A stretch of DNA of 63,778 nt, filler included, from Guillardia theta CCMP2712 (GCF_000315625.1; 6 parts of 6 records of this genome joined end to end with filler, not necessarily neighbours in it); one strand, 5' to 3'; counted from the first letter of the whole stretch, positions 12,201-25,512 are shown. Notes: generated from the letters alone by a model not told the origin. Numbers and translations are program-made.

Positions 12201-13465
12201 ACGTGTCACAGGATCGCTCTACCGCTCTGAAGATTCGCACAAGACGGAGAGGATTGAGAGCTGCGAGCTTTTCAGGGCAAGAACACAATACAACCTCCAG
12301 CACCCCCTCCCCCCTCTTGCCCTGTGCCCTCTACTATCCAGTTTACTTGTCCCTGGCCGCTCGATTCTATCGCACCCATTCAATTCTCTTCCCCTCCTAC
12401 TCTTGTTCCTGCTCCTGCTCCTGCTCCTGCGCCTCCCTCTTTCCTCGTTGCCCCTCCCTCTTTCCTCGTACCAGGAATCCCATCAACGAACATCGCGACA
12501 AGAGACACCGAGACAATGATCAGGTCAAAGACGTTCCATGCAGACCTGCCAGCGACGATCAGCACAGGCAGCCGAGCAACACAACGAGCTATCACTTCCA
12601 AAAGTCCCAGAACCAGTAGGCAAACAGAGCCAGCGCGAGCTCAGCAGCAAACAGGTACGTGAAGCACATCTCGAGGGTGTCCATGAGGTGGGCTGCGTGT
12701 GAGGAGGGGTCCACATTGAGCTGAACTTCAACAGCCGAAAGGATGAAGCTCGCAACAACAATGAGGCCCGACACCTTCTGCATTGTGTCGCTGGCATGTA
12801 ATTTCCTTGCCCTGTACCTCAACCTCTCTAACAGGCTGCTTCCTTTCATCCCTTTGGCGATCTGCCCATGCTTTGCACCGGCGGCCTTGATAGCTTGCTC
12901 CCACTCATCCGCTTCCTCCCGCGATTCGGCCCTGAACAGGTACCTGCACAGCACAGACAGTTACTGCCGCGGAGTCAACCCTCCCCCATCCGACTCACTT
13001 GCGCCCCACCAGCCTCCCGCGCAACGTCGTCACGATCTCGAAGCAATGGAAAGTCTTCATCGACTCAACTTGCTGGTTGTGCCCGCTGATGTCGGGCTGT
13101 GACTTGGGCGTGTCGTCGAACATCGACCTGAACGACTTCCTCTTCGACGTCGGCGCCTTCTCTGTGTTGTAGCGGATGCCCAGTACCCCGTCGCTCTCGA
13201 ACCGAATGACGTCCTCAATGTCGTCCAGGAAGATGTTCTCCGATGCTTTGTTGACATCCTTGCCTTTCCCGATACTGAGTCGGTCAGCGAACAGTGACAG
13301 GTAGCTCTTGCGCCAATCCGGCTGTCTGCCAAGGTAGGTCATCTTGTCTACATTTCCTTTCCGGATGACGGTCTTTTCCAGCTCCTCAGCTGTCTCGTAC
13401 TCCACCTCGTCCGTCACCACCTGCTGTGCCCCCTGCCGCCGCAGTGCGATGATAACAGCAGCCAT
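9267..13465 (-). CDS. Single-domain (6TM) voltage-gated cation channel, EukCat/NaChBac-like, with N-terminal PH domain and C-terminal EF-hand
   Basis: PH: IRKGNVDKM..WRKSYLSL...YLFRAESREEADEWEQAI. S2 FTYLFAAEL. S3 WNVFDLIIV. S4 LNPLRLVRIFRA|IKLL. Pore FGTFLSAMFTMFQ|VCTGDAW. S6 LMNIVVAVLLDEF. EF-hand DSDLSGSITFQE. Followed by a coiled-coil/low-complexity tail. Confidence 0.88.
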
Positions 13466-14089
13466 GTCTGACTCTTCTTCTCTTTCAAGAGCTCGCCGTC
13501 TTCATGTCCAGGTCCTCGACGTCTTCACTCTGTGCTGTCTTCCGTACCTCAAAGATGGTCCAGTACCTGCCAAGAGGCTCAATCGCCGATCTTCCTCCTC
13601 TCATCGTCATGTCGTCGAACCCTCATCTCCTACCATTAGCTGAGTCCATCCTACCCATCGTCTTGTCATCGCCACCTATTCTCTCCTGCCATCGCTGCTC
13701 CCTCGAGTCATCACAAATCTTCCTTTCAAGCTTCTCCCGTCTCGCTGCTTCCCCCCATCCCCTCAGCACAGTTGTGCGACGAACACTACTCTCCTTCATT
13801 CTACGAGCATGCTCGCTCCCCCTGCACTTGCTCCATCCTTCTCCTCCTTCCTCTCTACTTCCTCTTCATGTCCCCGGAGCTGATCGTGCAAATCCTCCTT
13901 GCATTCGTGAAAGATTGATCGACCATAGTATACTCCTATTGTACACATCATCTTGTACACATCCTCTCCTCTCCTCTACACTCGNNNNNNNNNNNNNNNN
14001 NNNNNNNNNNNNNNNNNNNNNNNNNNNNTTAATTAATTAANNNNNNNNNNNNNNNNNNNNNNNNNNNNNNNNNNNNNNNNNNNNGAGTG

Positions 14090-15882
14090 GTGGAGGAGAA
14101 GGGGAGGAGGAGGTATCAGGTCGACCTTGACGTCGTCGGTGACATACTTGGAGTAGAGCGCGGCGAATGAACTGGCGCTCTGACTTCCGTAACTGGATGC
14201 CTGCAAATCTTTCAACCCCTCCACTCTCCTCCTCCTCCCTCTGCTCCTCCTTGACATCTCTCTCTCCTTCCCTCCCTCACCTCCGAGTAGTGCATGGGCA
14301 CTGGAGCTCCGATCTCGTCGTCCTCTGCAGTGGGAAGCAACTGCAGATGCAGCGTCAGACTGAGAGGATTTCCCATCCTCCTCCTTCTCTCCCTCCTTCT
14401 CTTCCCATCTCCTCTCCCTCCTCCTCCACGCGAACAGTCTCACCATGGGTCTCGACGAGGGACGAACAGGTCCATCTCCCTGTCCGAGCAGAGTGAGAGG
14501 AGGAGAGGGATGAGGAGGCAGAGGAGATGAAAGACGAACAGGGGAGGATGAGAAGAGGAGGAGAGAGAAAGAGGAGGAGGAGGAGGAGGAGGAAGGAGGA
14601 CGAGAGGAGAGGAAGGAGGAGGAGGAGAAGGAGGTGGGAGGAGGAGGGTGGGTGGTTGATTGATTCGGCTAAATAGAGTGTTCTGTCCTGCTCTTTAGGC
14701 CCTCTGAGGTATCACCATTCCTAGAACAGCATCAGGTCGAGCTTCTGCCAGTCAAGCGGAGTAGCTGCAAACATACCAGCTCAGTTCCTCCTCCTCTTCC
14801 TCCTCCTCCTCCTTCATCACTCCCTCCTCCTCCCCCTTTCCCTCCTCCTCTCCTTCTTCAATGCTCCTCCTCCTCCTCCTCCTCCTGCCCACCTGGATCC
14901 TCCACGTACTTGACCAGCTGCGTCTGCGTGAGCTGCAAGAGACCAGCAACAGTGGAGGCGACGCCTGCAAGGGACCATCACCTGCATTCCTCTTGCTCCT
15001 CCCTCCGCTCCTTTTCTCCTCCTCTCTCCCCTCCACCTCCTTCCTCCCCCTCGTTCTCCTCTCCCCGTCACTTTATCCCTCTCCTCCTCCTCCTCCTCCT
15101 CTCCCTCCTCCATGTTCTCAACGACTCATACCAGCAATGCGTCCGAATGAGGCGTATCCTGCACAGCCATGAGGAGGAGGAAAAGGAGGAGGAGGAGGAG
15201 GAGGAGGAGGAGGAGGAGGAGGAGGAGGAGGGGGGAGGAGGAGGAGGAGGAGGAGGAGGGGGGGGGGGGAGGAGGAGGAGGAGAGGAGCGGGGGGAGCAG
15301 GAGCAGGAGTGTTGGTGATGATGTGGCGGTGGTGTCGCCGGAGCTGTTGTTGTTGTGCTGCTGCTGCTGCAGCAGCAGCTGATGATGGTGGTGTTGATGN
15401 NNNNNNNNNNNNNNNNNNNNNNNNNNNNNNNNNNNNNNNNNNNNNNNNNNNNNNNNNNNNNNNNNNNNNNNNNNNNNNNNNNNNNNNNNNNNNNNNNNNN
15501 NNNNNNNNNNNNNNNNNNNNNNNNNNNNNNNNNNNNNACCTGTCGAGCTACAGGAAATACAACAAAGAGAGTGATAAAGGCCATCTGATCATGCCACAGC
15601 AGGAAGAGACCGTAAACCTGCAGTAACAGTAAACGCCAGTCTCCTCCTCCTCCTCCTCGTGCTCTGCTGCTGCTATCCTACCTCTTCCTCCCCCATCTAC
15701 TTCCTCTTGCCCCCCCCCCTCCCCCCTCCTCTTGATCTCTCCCTGCCTCCTCCTGTTCTTCCTCCCATCTCCCCACCTGGGACAGAAGGGTCACGACGAT
15801 GAAGGCCAGCCGTGGGCGGTTGAGAATGTAACCGGCGAATCCTGCCCATCATCATTACATACTGTAGATCATCTCCCTGCTG

Positions 15883-15923
<41 letters not shown>

Positions 15924-17288
15924 TCTTTCCTCCGTCACTCCTTGCTCCCCCCCGTCCCACCTTCCTCTATCATCCCACGGCTCCCTCTGCTTATTCCAAA
16001 AGCGTGTTCCTTTCCCATCCTCCTCCTCTACTTCAGGCACCTGAAGCAGTGCAGAACATCATGGGAACGAAGCCGAGGGGGAGGATGATGTTGAACAAGT
16101 TCTGCGAGGGAGGAGAGGGCTGTCAGCACACATGAGAGGTGGAGGCGAGAAAAACCTTGAGACGGCTCGAGACTTGAGGGTCCTGGAAGAAGTACTCCAC
16201 CTGGGGGCCCAGCGTGGCAAGGAGGAAGCCCTGCGGGTAGCAGGAAAGTTACAGGAGGGAGGGGGGGAGAGGGAGGGAAGAGCGGGGGGGGCATAAGGAA
16301 GAGGCAGAAGGGAGGAGGGAGAAGAAACAGAACAAGAATGCAGGTGGTGGTGGAGAAGGAGGAGGAGGAGGAGGGAGGAGGAGGAGGAGGAGGAGGAAGG
16401 AGGTAGGAGGAGGAGGTAGGAGGAGGGTCTCTCTTGCCTGACGGAAAATGTGCATGGAGAGGAAGATGGTGACATAGAGAAAAGGAGCTGAAAAGATCTG
16501 CAGCATACGCTCAGCACAAGCTCGCAGCGTCCCTCCTCCCTGACCTGCACGTGCAGAGGCTTGTCCATGAGCGCGTGCGGCTGCGTATGGTGGGCAGGAG
16601 GAGGAGGAGGAGCCTTCCTGCCGCCGTTGCTATGATGGTGAGTCTGAGGAGGAGGCTGAGCTCGGAAGGGGAGATCGGGCCAGAAGAAGAGGCCCGTCAC
16701 AAGGCAGTACAGTCCTACCCCCGAGTACCCTAGGAACAGCTCTCTGCGCTGTATGTTCCATTCCCTGTGGAGCTCCCCGAACACCCAGAAGACGCCGGTG
16801 GAGAGCTCGAAGCAGGTGATGAGGTAGGCCATGGCCGAGGCCTTGCGCGTGCCGAAGAGCTCGGAAAACTGGAAGCAAGGCATCTGAATGAAAGGGCCTG
16901 CTATGCCTAGCAGGAAATATCCCAGAACGGGGAGCACGGTGTCGTTCTTGTCGCAGAGCGCGAGTATGATTGAGCCTGCGATCAGGAGCAGGCATCCGAC
17001 GAGAGAGGTGAAGCGAGGACCGCACTTGTCCAAGATCATGCCGAGAGGAAGCTTGCAGAGCGCGTTGCCCGCAATGCCCATGGTCGCGACGGCGTTCATG
17101 AGGGTAGACTGCTGGTCGGGATCGAAGGCATCGAAGAGACCTGAGTCCTGGAGCACAGGGCGCAATGCTGTCCATCCGTAGGCCTCACCGGAAGCAAGGA
17201 GGACGTGAGTGCATGCAGTAGCAAAGAGGAAGTAGCGCTTTCCTTTCGATACCTCCATAACATGCGGGCCATGGTGGTGCGGATCCAT
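14090..17288 (-). CDS. MFS transporter, SLC43/LAT3/FMP42-like (3' end approximate)
   Basis: LASGEAYGWTALRPVL; LGMILDKCGPR (MFS motif A). Downstream TM exons: IFSAPFLYVTIFLSMHIFRQ, GFLLATLGPQVEY, NLFNIILPLGF, YGLFLLWHDQMAFITLFVVFPVARQ, GYASFGRIAG, VASTVAGLLQL. Confidence 0.85.
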
Positions 17289-17627
17289 GGTTGTAGGAGC
17301 TACGGGGTCGTTTCTCTATGCTCTCCTGTGGGGAGCTTCACGATATGACCTTCTCCTTATGCGCAATCACCAAAGTATCGAACCCTCTCCCCTCCCTCTC
17401 CTCCTTTTTCCCCTGCAGGTTCACCAAGAGGGCGCTTCTCGAACACTCGCTGGGGAGCTCGTCCAGCTCTCGGTGCACTCCACAGGGCAGCTGGATGCTA
17501 CAGGGATCTGACAAGAGGATGGGAGGAGGTGGAGTAGGAGGGAGACGGAGGAATTGGAAGCAACTTCACCGACGGGAAGCAAGCAGGGCGGGAAGGAGGA
17601 CAGGGACAAAGGACTGACTAGCAGGAA

Positions 17628-18130
17628 GTACCCCCAGTGGTCGACTACCCCAGAAACTGTGGTTTTGACTACCCCTCCTCGTAAACACCCCACCCTTCTC
17701 CTCAATATTTCACTGCACCCTACCCACCTTTAAATGTCAATGGGATTTCATAACCCCTTAATTTACCTGTAAGTACCCCTCTATTTAGGCATAATTTTGA
17801 CCGTCGATTTTCATGTACCCCTCATCAAAGAACCTTTCCCTTCCTGCCTTTTAACTGCTCAGGTACGTAGTACGTAGTGCCCCTTGAAGGGGTGGGGGTA
17901 TATAATTGACCCCACCCCTATCTTACCATCAACTGACACTAGATACGAGGGGTACGATGCAGTTGCACCCCTACCCAAAGAACAAAAACATAGCTCGGTC
18001 TATGGTGGGTAGTCTGTCCCTTCCAATTGCATAACCCCTTCTAATACAGTAAAAAGGAGGGGTACTTGTTCGATCTGGGGGTGAGATGTTTCCAAGTTCG
18101 AGTACCCTTCCACTTCACTAGCAACACCGT
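17628..18130. promoter_or_regulatory. TACCC/GGGTA-rich tract upstream of the MFS gene
   Basis: Dense, irregular TACCC/GGGTA copies on both strands. The same tract type precedes most genes in the window. Function inferred. Confidence 0.45.
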
Positions 18131-18174
18131 GCCCTCATCCCTCTAAAGGAAACTTGCCAGGACGGGCTGCTTGC

Positions 18175-18360
18175 TAGGACTCAGTCACGGTCAGCCCGGC
18201 GCCCGGCCACGGCGCCGGGCCGGAGCGGACCCGGTCCGTGATCGAGCCTGTCAGTTACTAGCCTAGTAGCACACTGACCGTTCCCGAGCCCGGCGCCGGG
18301 AACTTCGACTCGCAGGCTCGGGCCGGTCAGTCACTGTCCCCGATCGCGGACTCATTTAGA
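18175..18360. other. CCGG-rich GC island with local palindromes
   Basis: For example CCGGCGCCCGGCCACGGCGCCGGGCCGG, using the CCGG/GTCAC/CAGT word set. Confidence 0.6.
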
Positions 18361-18511
18361 ATGCCGTGCTAGTTTCGAAGTTCCAGAGTCTCATAATGAA
18401 CTATGTAGTATGGTATCCGTAGTATATCAGCCGCCACAGTCTACGGCATCCCAGGCTGCCTGGCACTTCCTGTCCGGAGGTCACTCTCTGAAGTCTTCCC
18501 TGTCGTTATGC

Positions 18512-21500
18512 TCAGTTGCTGCTGCTGCTGCTCTTCTCGAGAATCTCGGCGATGATGGAACTTGGATACTTGCCTCCTCCTCCACCTGACAGCAGTCGGT
18601 CAAGGGCTACCCCAACCCTCGTATCTTGTCCTGCTCACCTCGCTACCTTCCCCGTCCAAAGTCTCATTGGCTAGCTTGGACTTGGCTTCTGCAAGCTGAA
18701 GAGGAGAAGAGTAAGACTCCAAGTGCGTCTCTCCAAGTTGCTTGAACCCCACCTTCCATATCTTCTCGTCTACCGTCTCCTGCACCACCAATTTGATAAC
18801 CGTCACAGGTTTCGTCTGTCCGATCCTATGACATCTGTCTTCTGCCTGTTGGGAGAATTCTTCAGAAACTCTTCGCCCTCAACCAGGCTCGTCGTGCCTC
18901 CTCTTCCGCCCTCAATCCCCCCTACTCCTTCCCAATCCTCTCCTTTCCTCCAACGTACCATCAGCCTCCTCCGTACCATCCTTCTCCCCTCTTCACTCCC
19001 CTCTTCTCCAATGATCGCCCTCTCTCCTCCACCCGCACTCCTCCCCCTTCCCTCCCCTCTCTGCCTACCTGACGGTCAATCTGAGGATTGAAGTCAACAT
19101 CATGCAGGATGACTGTGTCGGCCTGTCCGAGCTATGTCAGGGGGCAGGAGAAGCAAGGAGGGGGGGTGGGGGGGAGCACCGCGGTTAGGTTGATCCCCAT
19201 GCCTCCTGCTCGGGTTGAAAGGAGGAAGCAGAAGATGGAGGTGTCGGAGTTGAATCTGACGCAAGTCATAACATGAGGCATTGAGAGTTACACAAGTCAA
19301 GAAGTTTGGAAGAGCAGCAGAAGCAGGAGAGGAAGGAAGGGGATGAAGTGGTAGTGAAGAGCGCAGGGAGACGAGAAGGGGGAGCGGAGAGGAACAGGAC
19401 AATGAGATCATACGAGGAGAGAGCGTATGGAGGAGAGCGAGGTAGAGGGAGAAAGATGGCGCAGGGTAGAAGGTATATGGCTGGAGAGGAAGCAGAAACC
19501 TGTCTAGCAATTCCTGCCTCTCCTTTACCGCTGTACTTCCGTCCAGCCTCGTGTAGAGATAATCTAAAAGAGCAAGAAAAAATGCGATGAGCAAAGGAAA
19601 AGAGAAAGAAAGCAAAGGGAGGAGAGGAGGAGAGGAGGAGGAAGAGATGGAGAAGAGGAGGAAAAGAGATCTGAGCATGAAGGTAGGTTGAGCAAACCTT
19701 TGTCAATCAAGAAATCTTCGATTATGTCCAGCATGGTCGTCCACTGAGAGAACAGCAACACGCGATGCCCTTCGCTCTGCAAACAGGGAGAGAAAGGGGA
19801 AAAGATGTGAGAAAGATGTACCAACGAACAAGTCCAGAACAAGTTCAAAACAAGTTCAAAACAAGTTCAGAAGTAAGCAGAAACAAAGTTTAGGACTCCT
19901 GGACTTGTTTGTTTGCCCACCTGCAGACGGGGCAAAATCTCCTCGAGTTTTCGAAGTTTTGCAGAAGAGGAGATATCTTCAGGCTGGACGAACAGGTGAG
20001 AGGGGCGGATTGCAGGAAAGATCGACTGCACCTTGAGACTCAACTTGTTCAATCGCTTGTGATCTTGACACATTTGATGCAAGACGAAGTCGGAATAATC
20101 CGAAATCTCCTTCTCCACCTTTAAGAAACCCATGTGTCATTCTCAACTTGAAGGCGCTGCGGTTCTGGCCTTGCCTGCTGAAGAGAGCAGGAGTTTCCAA
20201 AGTGACCGCTGACAAAGAGCTGATGAGCAATCGTCCTGTTGAAGGCTCATCTCAGAAAAGAAGACACGAACGATGAGATGTACTTGAGCGCTTCATCGTT
20301 GTATCTTGAACGTACTAGAAGTGGATGATTGGCAGCCTTGGGCGTCTCTCACAGATCGCAGGAGCAAGGGAGAATATCGAGACCTTTCTGAGTTCACAGA
20401 AGATGTTGTTTATCATCTTCTTGCTCATTGCAACCTTGTCGCCTGCCTTGGCGTTTGTGTTCCCCCCTGCTTTATCGGAAGCACCCAGATCAGAGGATAG
20501 ATGGAAATCAAGACACAACACCGGATGAATCTTTCTTGCTCTTGAATTCCCAGTTCGAGATGATCTGATTGTACACTTTCCTTTGCTCTGATGGGAGATC
20601 AAGCTGAAATGTGCGTTCAGAACAAGAAAAAGCATCCGAAGTAGCACTTGTCAAAGATAAAGTTTTGATCATCTCAACACCAACAAAGAGGGAACATCAA
20701 AATCGTGCTGATACGATGGATCAAACTCATCATCGTTTTGTATCAAGACTCGTCATCAGCAAGCTCGATCTCTCACCTGAATGACCTGCTGATCCTTCGG
20801 CACGAGCTCACCGAGCACGTCGCACTTGCAGCGCCTCAGAACAAACGGTTTGATCATCTTCTTCACCCTCTCAACATTGACTTTCTGATGAGACAAGAGG
20901 AGGTGAGAACAAGAACAGCCTTTCTGCCTCATCTTCACCCGAGCAAGGTTCCCCGACTCGGATTCAACCTTCTCATCAAAGACCTCCCAGAGCGTCTGCA
21001 TACTCTGATGTTAGAGACTGATCATGTGATCGTATCTTTTCTCGACTGTGCACCTCGTCATCGGGATCGAAGAGCTCCGGCATCAAGAACTGTAGGAGAA
21101 CAAGCAGCTCAGGGAGGTTGTTGTTGATCGGAGTTCCAGTTAGAAGAATTCTTCTCTCGCATGTCAGGTGCAACAGGTGTCGATATCGAGATGAGCCTGG
21201 GACCAAGTCAATGGCTTGACGATCTTTCATGACTTGTATCACCAGCATTCTTGATGCTGTGAGCTTCGTCCAAGATCATAACCTTGAAGTTGAATCTAGT
21301 AGTAGACATGAGGAGCAGTTAAATTCAGGATGATCGTCTGCATACGAGCGAAGGAAGGCTCTGTCTTGCTTGCCAGCTTCTCGTTCGAAGCAAGTGTAGG
21401 TTGTCACAACAACATCCCTGGACAAGGTCAGGAGCACTTTGACCCTGGTGCAAGCAAACCATGATGACGTATCGTGCATTTCGCTTCTTATCTGTGCTCT

Positions 21501-22823
21501 TTCTTTCTGTGAGCCGTGATAAACCACGACGCGCAGCTTCACATGCCACAAGTCAAAGACAACTCTGATAATCCTCCAACCCTCTCTCACCGACGGGAGC
21601 CACTGACTGAACTCTCTGTTCCAATTCGAAACGACGCTTGCAGGACAAACTATGATGTGCGGACCGGAAACTTTTTCTCCTTCGTGAAACGAAGTCAGTC
21701 CTATCACTCTCGGTGGGATCAAGGGCGTACTCTCGTAGATGTGAGCAAGGAAGGCTATGGTTTGTATCGTTTTCCCCAGTCCCATTTCATCTGCAAGAAT
21801 CCCATTCACCTCTGACGTATGCAGCGTCCGCAACCTTTTTGATCATGAGTATTCGCTGCAATGCAAAGGTCAATCATCACCAGTTCAGCCCCACTAGCTG
21901 GTAAGGTTTCAACTTAAGGTTGTCCTGAGTTCCGAGGCATTTTGGTTGAGCAATACGTGATGAATGAGAATCTTTCTGCGTGTCTACAAGATCTGCCAAT
22001 ATGCAGGAGAGATTCTTGCCGATCTCTTCGACCTTTTGGAGTAGGTCATCTACTTTAGCTACTTCCTCATTGTCTTCCTCCTCCTCCTCCTCCTCGTGCC
22101 CTGATCTGCCCTCATCGCTGTCTTGAATAATTTCTACATGATCGTCATCTTCCGAGATTTCTATTGCTTTTTCGGAAGAGCCTACCCTTGATCGCCCTGA
22201 TTCAAATGGAATATATCAGAAAAACAACACATAGCAAGACGAGAAGATTCATACCCTTTCCGTTTGAATTGTTCTTTTCATGTGAGTTTTTTGCCTTGTT
22301 GTTCGATTCATCCTCTTCATCGCTGCTGTCGACAATTTTCCTCTTCCAAGTGCCCTTGTGCCTTTTTTTCAACAGGGTTGCTCCATCAGAATCACTGCCT
22401 GAATCGTCTTCGACCCGAGAGACAGCTCGTTTTGTCGGTTGTGAAGACAGCACTTCCGACTCTTGTTTCGCAGGACTTGGATCTGGTGTCTCAGGAACAA
22501 TTACTTGTTGGCTTTCCTCAGCATGTCTTGTGGACATCTCCTCATGATTTGCGCTCTGCGCATTCACATCTGCAATCAGCGACGCATCGAACTCAGTTTG
22601 AAAAGGAGACCTTCGGTCGAAACCAGTCGCTGGAAACAGGCTTTGAATCTGCTGCTGATCTTCCCACCGGCTTGTTCTGTTTGTTGTGCTGCACCTCTTT
22701 CCTATGCACAGAAAGAGAGATGTATGAGTGAGATCACTGCAAACATTCAAAACTATCAAATCACCAGTGATTTGGGTTCAGCCTGTAGCATCTACCGTCG
22801 AACGGGCAAACCTCCATGCCCAT
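18512..22823 (-). CDS. SMARCAD1: Fun30/SMARCAD1/ETL1-family SNF2 chromatin remodeler with N-terminal PBZ zinc finger
   Basis: SNF2 motifs: [102 protein letters not shown] is Fun30-typical. Exons 1+2 give [19 protein letters not shown]|WKEVQH. Confidence 0.92.
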
Positions 22824-24689
22824 GATAAGCAGTCGGTTGAGTTCTGAGCTTCATTCATCAATCCACATTCATCACTGAAAACTGATATTGGGGTGGTACA
22901 GCCAAATCCAAAATCGCATATGAATTCTCTTCTATACCTATTCATCACCCTCGAACCATCCTATTCTCCGTCTTTGTCCCTCACTCTCCACTCACACGCC
23001 AAACATCATCAATTGTGAGGCTCGCTCCTCCATTTTTCAGCAGCACTTGCCTCCCATGTTGGGCCTCTCAAATTCAACTCCCACATCGCTGTCGACCTTC
23101 CTCTGAGTTTATCTTGCTTTCCTTCCTGAGTTTCTCACCCATGACTCATCCTTGTCTCTCTCCTTACCTCACATCTCACTGCTATGCTGCTCCCCGCCCC
23201 CCTCCCTCTCTGTCCCAGTTGCCCTCAATTCCCTCCTCTTCCTCCAGAACTCGCCTCACTACGTCTAGTCACTCTCTTTCTCCACTTCCCCTCCCTTTCC
23301 TGATTCACCCCTCTAGTTGCTTCCTCTTGTTCACTTTTCTCTCCCCCTGCCTCGTCCTGTCTTGTCTCCTGTCCTGTATGCTGTCTTGTCCTGTGCTGTC
23401 ATGTCCTGTCTTGTCCTCTCCTCCCCTGTCCTGCCCTGTGTCCTGCCCTGTCCTTTCCTGTCCTGTCCTTTCCTGTCCTCCCCTGTTCTGTCCCGTCCCG
23501 TCCCGTCCCGTCCCGTCCCGTCCTCTTCTCTCCTCTCCTCTCCTCCTCTCCTCTTTCGCTTCCCATCCTCCCCACACTCCATTTGCAAGCTCCCGCCAAA
23601 ACACACTTTAGAGGACTACCTAGCTGACTTGGTACCCCTACCCCCATTGTTGACTATAATTATTGCTATTTATACCCCGTGATCGTAGTACCCCTACCNN
23701 NNNNNNNNNNNNNNNNNNNNNNNNNNNNNNNNNNNNNNNNNNNNNNNNNNNNNNNNNNNNNNNNNNNNNNNNNNNNNNNNNNNNNNNNNNNNNNNNNNTG
23801 GAATCAAAAAAGAGGAGAGAGAGAGAGGAGGGAAGGAGGGAGGGAGGAGGGATGAGCGATGGGGCAGGGGCTCAGACGGTGGTAAGGAGGGAAGAAAGGG
23901 TGAAGAGGGGAACATAGGGCAGGGGGTTGAAGACACGTGGTGTAGCGCAAGGCATCATGACGACATGGCAGAGCTGGCAGATCTCTGTCTCTGTTGTCTC
24001 TCAAAATGCCTCCTACTGTCATTGCGACAAGTTTGGCTTCGATGCGGTGTGAGGACAACTGGATGTGAAGAATATGAGTGCAGACGATAGAAAAAACCTT
24101 AGGATAGGGATGTTTGTTTCAGACAGATGATAAGAAATGGGAGGAGGGTGAAGAGGAGGATTTGACGGCGTTTCACATGCATCAGGACTATGTTTTGTTG
24201 TTCTCCATCATTGCTGACCTCAAGGTATTGAAGTGCGAGGAAAGATATAGAGTTTACACAGCATGTTTGCTTCACCGTGTTGGATGGCTGAGAAAAGTTT
24301 GTTGGAACAGATTTCGCCTACATTATGAAAGCAATATCTGGTCAATGCATCGATGTTCATATTGACTAGAGATGAATAAACATGCTTTCCTGGTACAACT
24401 TCCAATATGTCTCCCTCTTTTATTTCCTGTTCCCCTCCTTTCCTCCCCTTCCTCCTCTCGTTTTTGGATTTTTCGCTCAGTCGTTCCCCTGCTCACTTTG
24501 CATCGTTCGAAAGTCTTCCTTGGCTGCCCGAAATTCTTTCGCCGCAAATTGCCCCACTGTCCTTTCTCACATCATCGCATGAAAAAGCTGATGCCAATTC
24601 AAGCAGTTTGTTCGGTGTGGCTCACCGTCCCATCAAAGAAATTGTGCCATGTCAAGTAGCTTGTTCGGCGTTTCCCCTGATGTGTCGCA

Positions 24690-24818
24690 TCCCGCCATGG
24701 TCAAAAAGTTTGTGCAATGAAGCGCATTCCCCGCCATCCGCCACCATCCGCCATGGTCAAAAAGTTTGTGCCATGAAGCGCATTCCCCGCCATCCGCCAT
24801 GGTCAAAAAGTTTGTCCT
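24690..24818 (+). repeat. Three copies of CCGCCATGGTCAAAAAGTTTGT immediately 3' of tRNA-Glu
   Basis: Copies near 24692, 24748 and 24794. Each contains T5 on the tRNA strand. Confidence 0.85.
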
Positions 24819-24828
24819 GATCGAGACA

Positions 24829-24900
24829 TTCTCCCACCGGGAATCGAACCCGGGTCTCGTGGGTGAAAACCACGTATCCTAACCGCTAGACGATAGGAGA
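24829..24900 (-). tRNA. trnE: tRNA-Glu(TTC)
   Basis: TCTCCTATCGTCTAGCGGTTAGGATACGTGG-TT-TTC-AC-CCACGAGACCCGGGTTCGATTCCCGGTGGGAGAA folds as a cloverleaf. A TATATA lies about 30 nt upstream. Confidence 0.95.
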
Positions 24901-25055
24901 GGACAGGAGGGTGGGTCCTCATAGGGTATATATAGTCGATAGCACCGGTACTTGTTGCCCGCTACTTCTACTGCGCCAGGTATGCATGGGGCGGGAGAGA
25001 TAGGAGCTGATGAAGGGCAGGGGACGGAGAGGAGCTCAGTGATAGAGAGCAAGAG

Positions 25056-25512
25056 ATGGAGGTATGGGGCAGACGGAGGTATGGGGCAGATGGAGGTATG
25101 GGCCGGGCAGATGGAGGTATGGGGCTGATGGAGGTATGGGGCAGACGGAGGTATGGGGCGGACAGAGGTATGGGGCAGACGGAGGTATGGGGCAGACGGA
25201 GGTATGGGGCAGATGGAGGTATGGGGCAGATGGAGGTATAGAGCGGGCGGATGGAGGTATGGGGCAGATGGAGGTATGGGCCGGTCAGATGGAGGTATGG
25301 GGCAGACGGAGGTATAGAGCGGGCGGATGGAGGTATGGGGCAGACAGAGGTATGGGGCGGACGGAGTATGGGGCAGACGGAGGTATGGGGCAGATGGAGG
25401 TATGGGGCAGACAGAGGTATGGGGCGGACGGAGGTATAGAGCGGGCGGATGGAGGTATGGGGCAGACAGAGGTATGGGGCGGACGGAGGTATGGGGCGGA
25501 CGGAGGTATAGG
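25056..25512 (+). repeat. Minisatellite, ~17-bp unit GGAGGTATGGGGCAGAY
   Basis: Direct reading; more than 20 degenerate copies. Confidence 0.95.
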
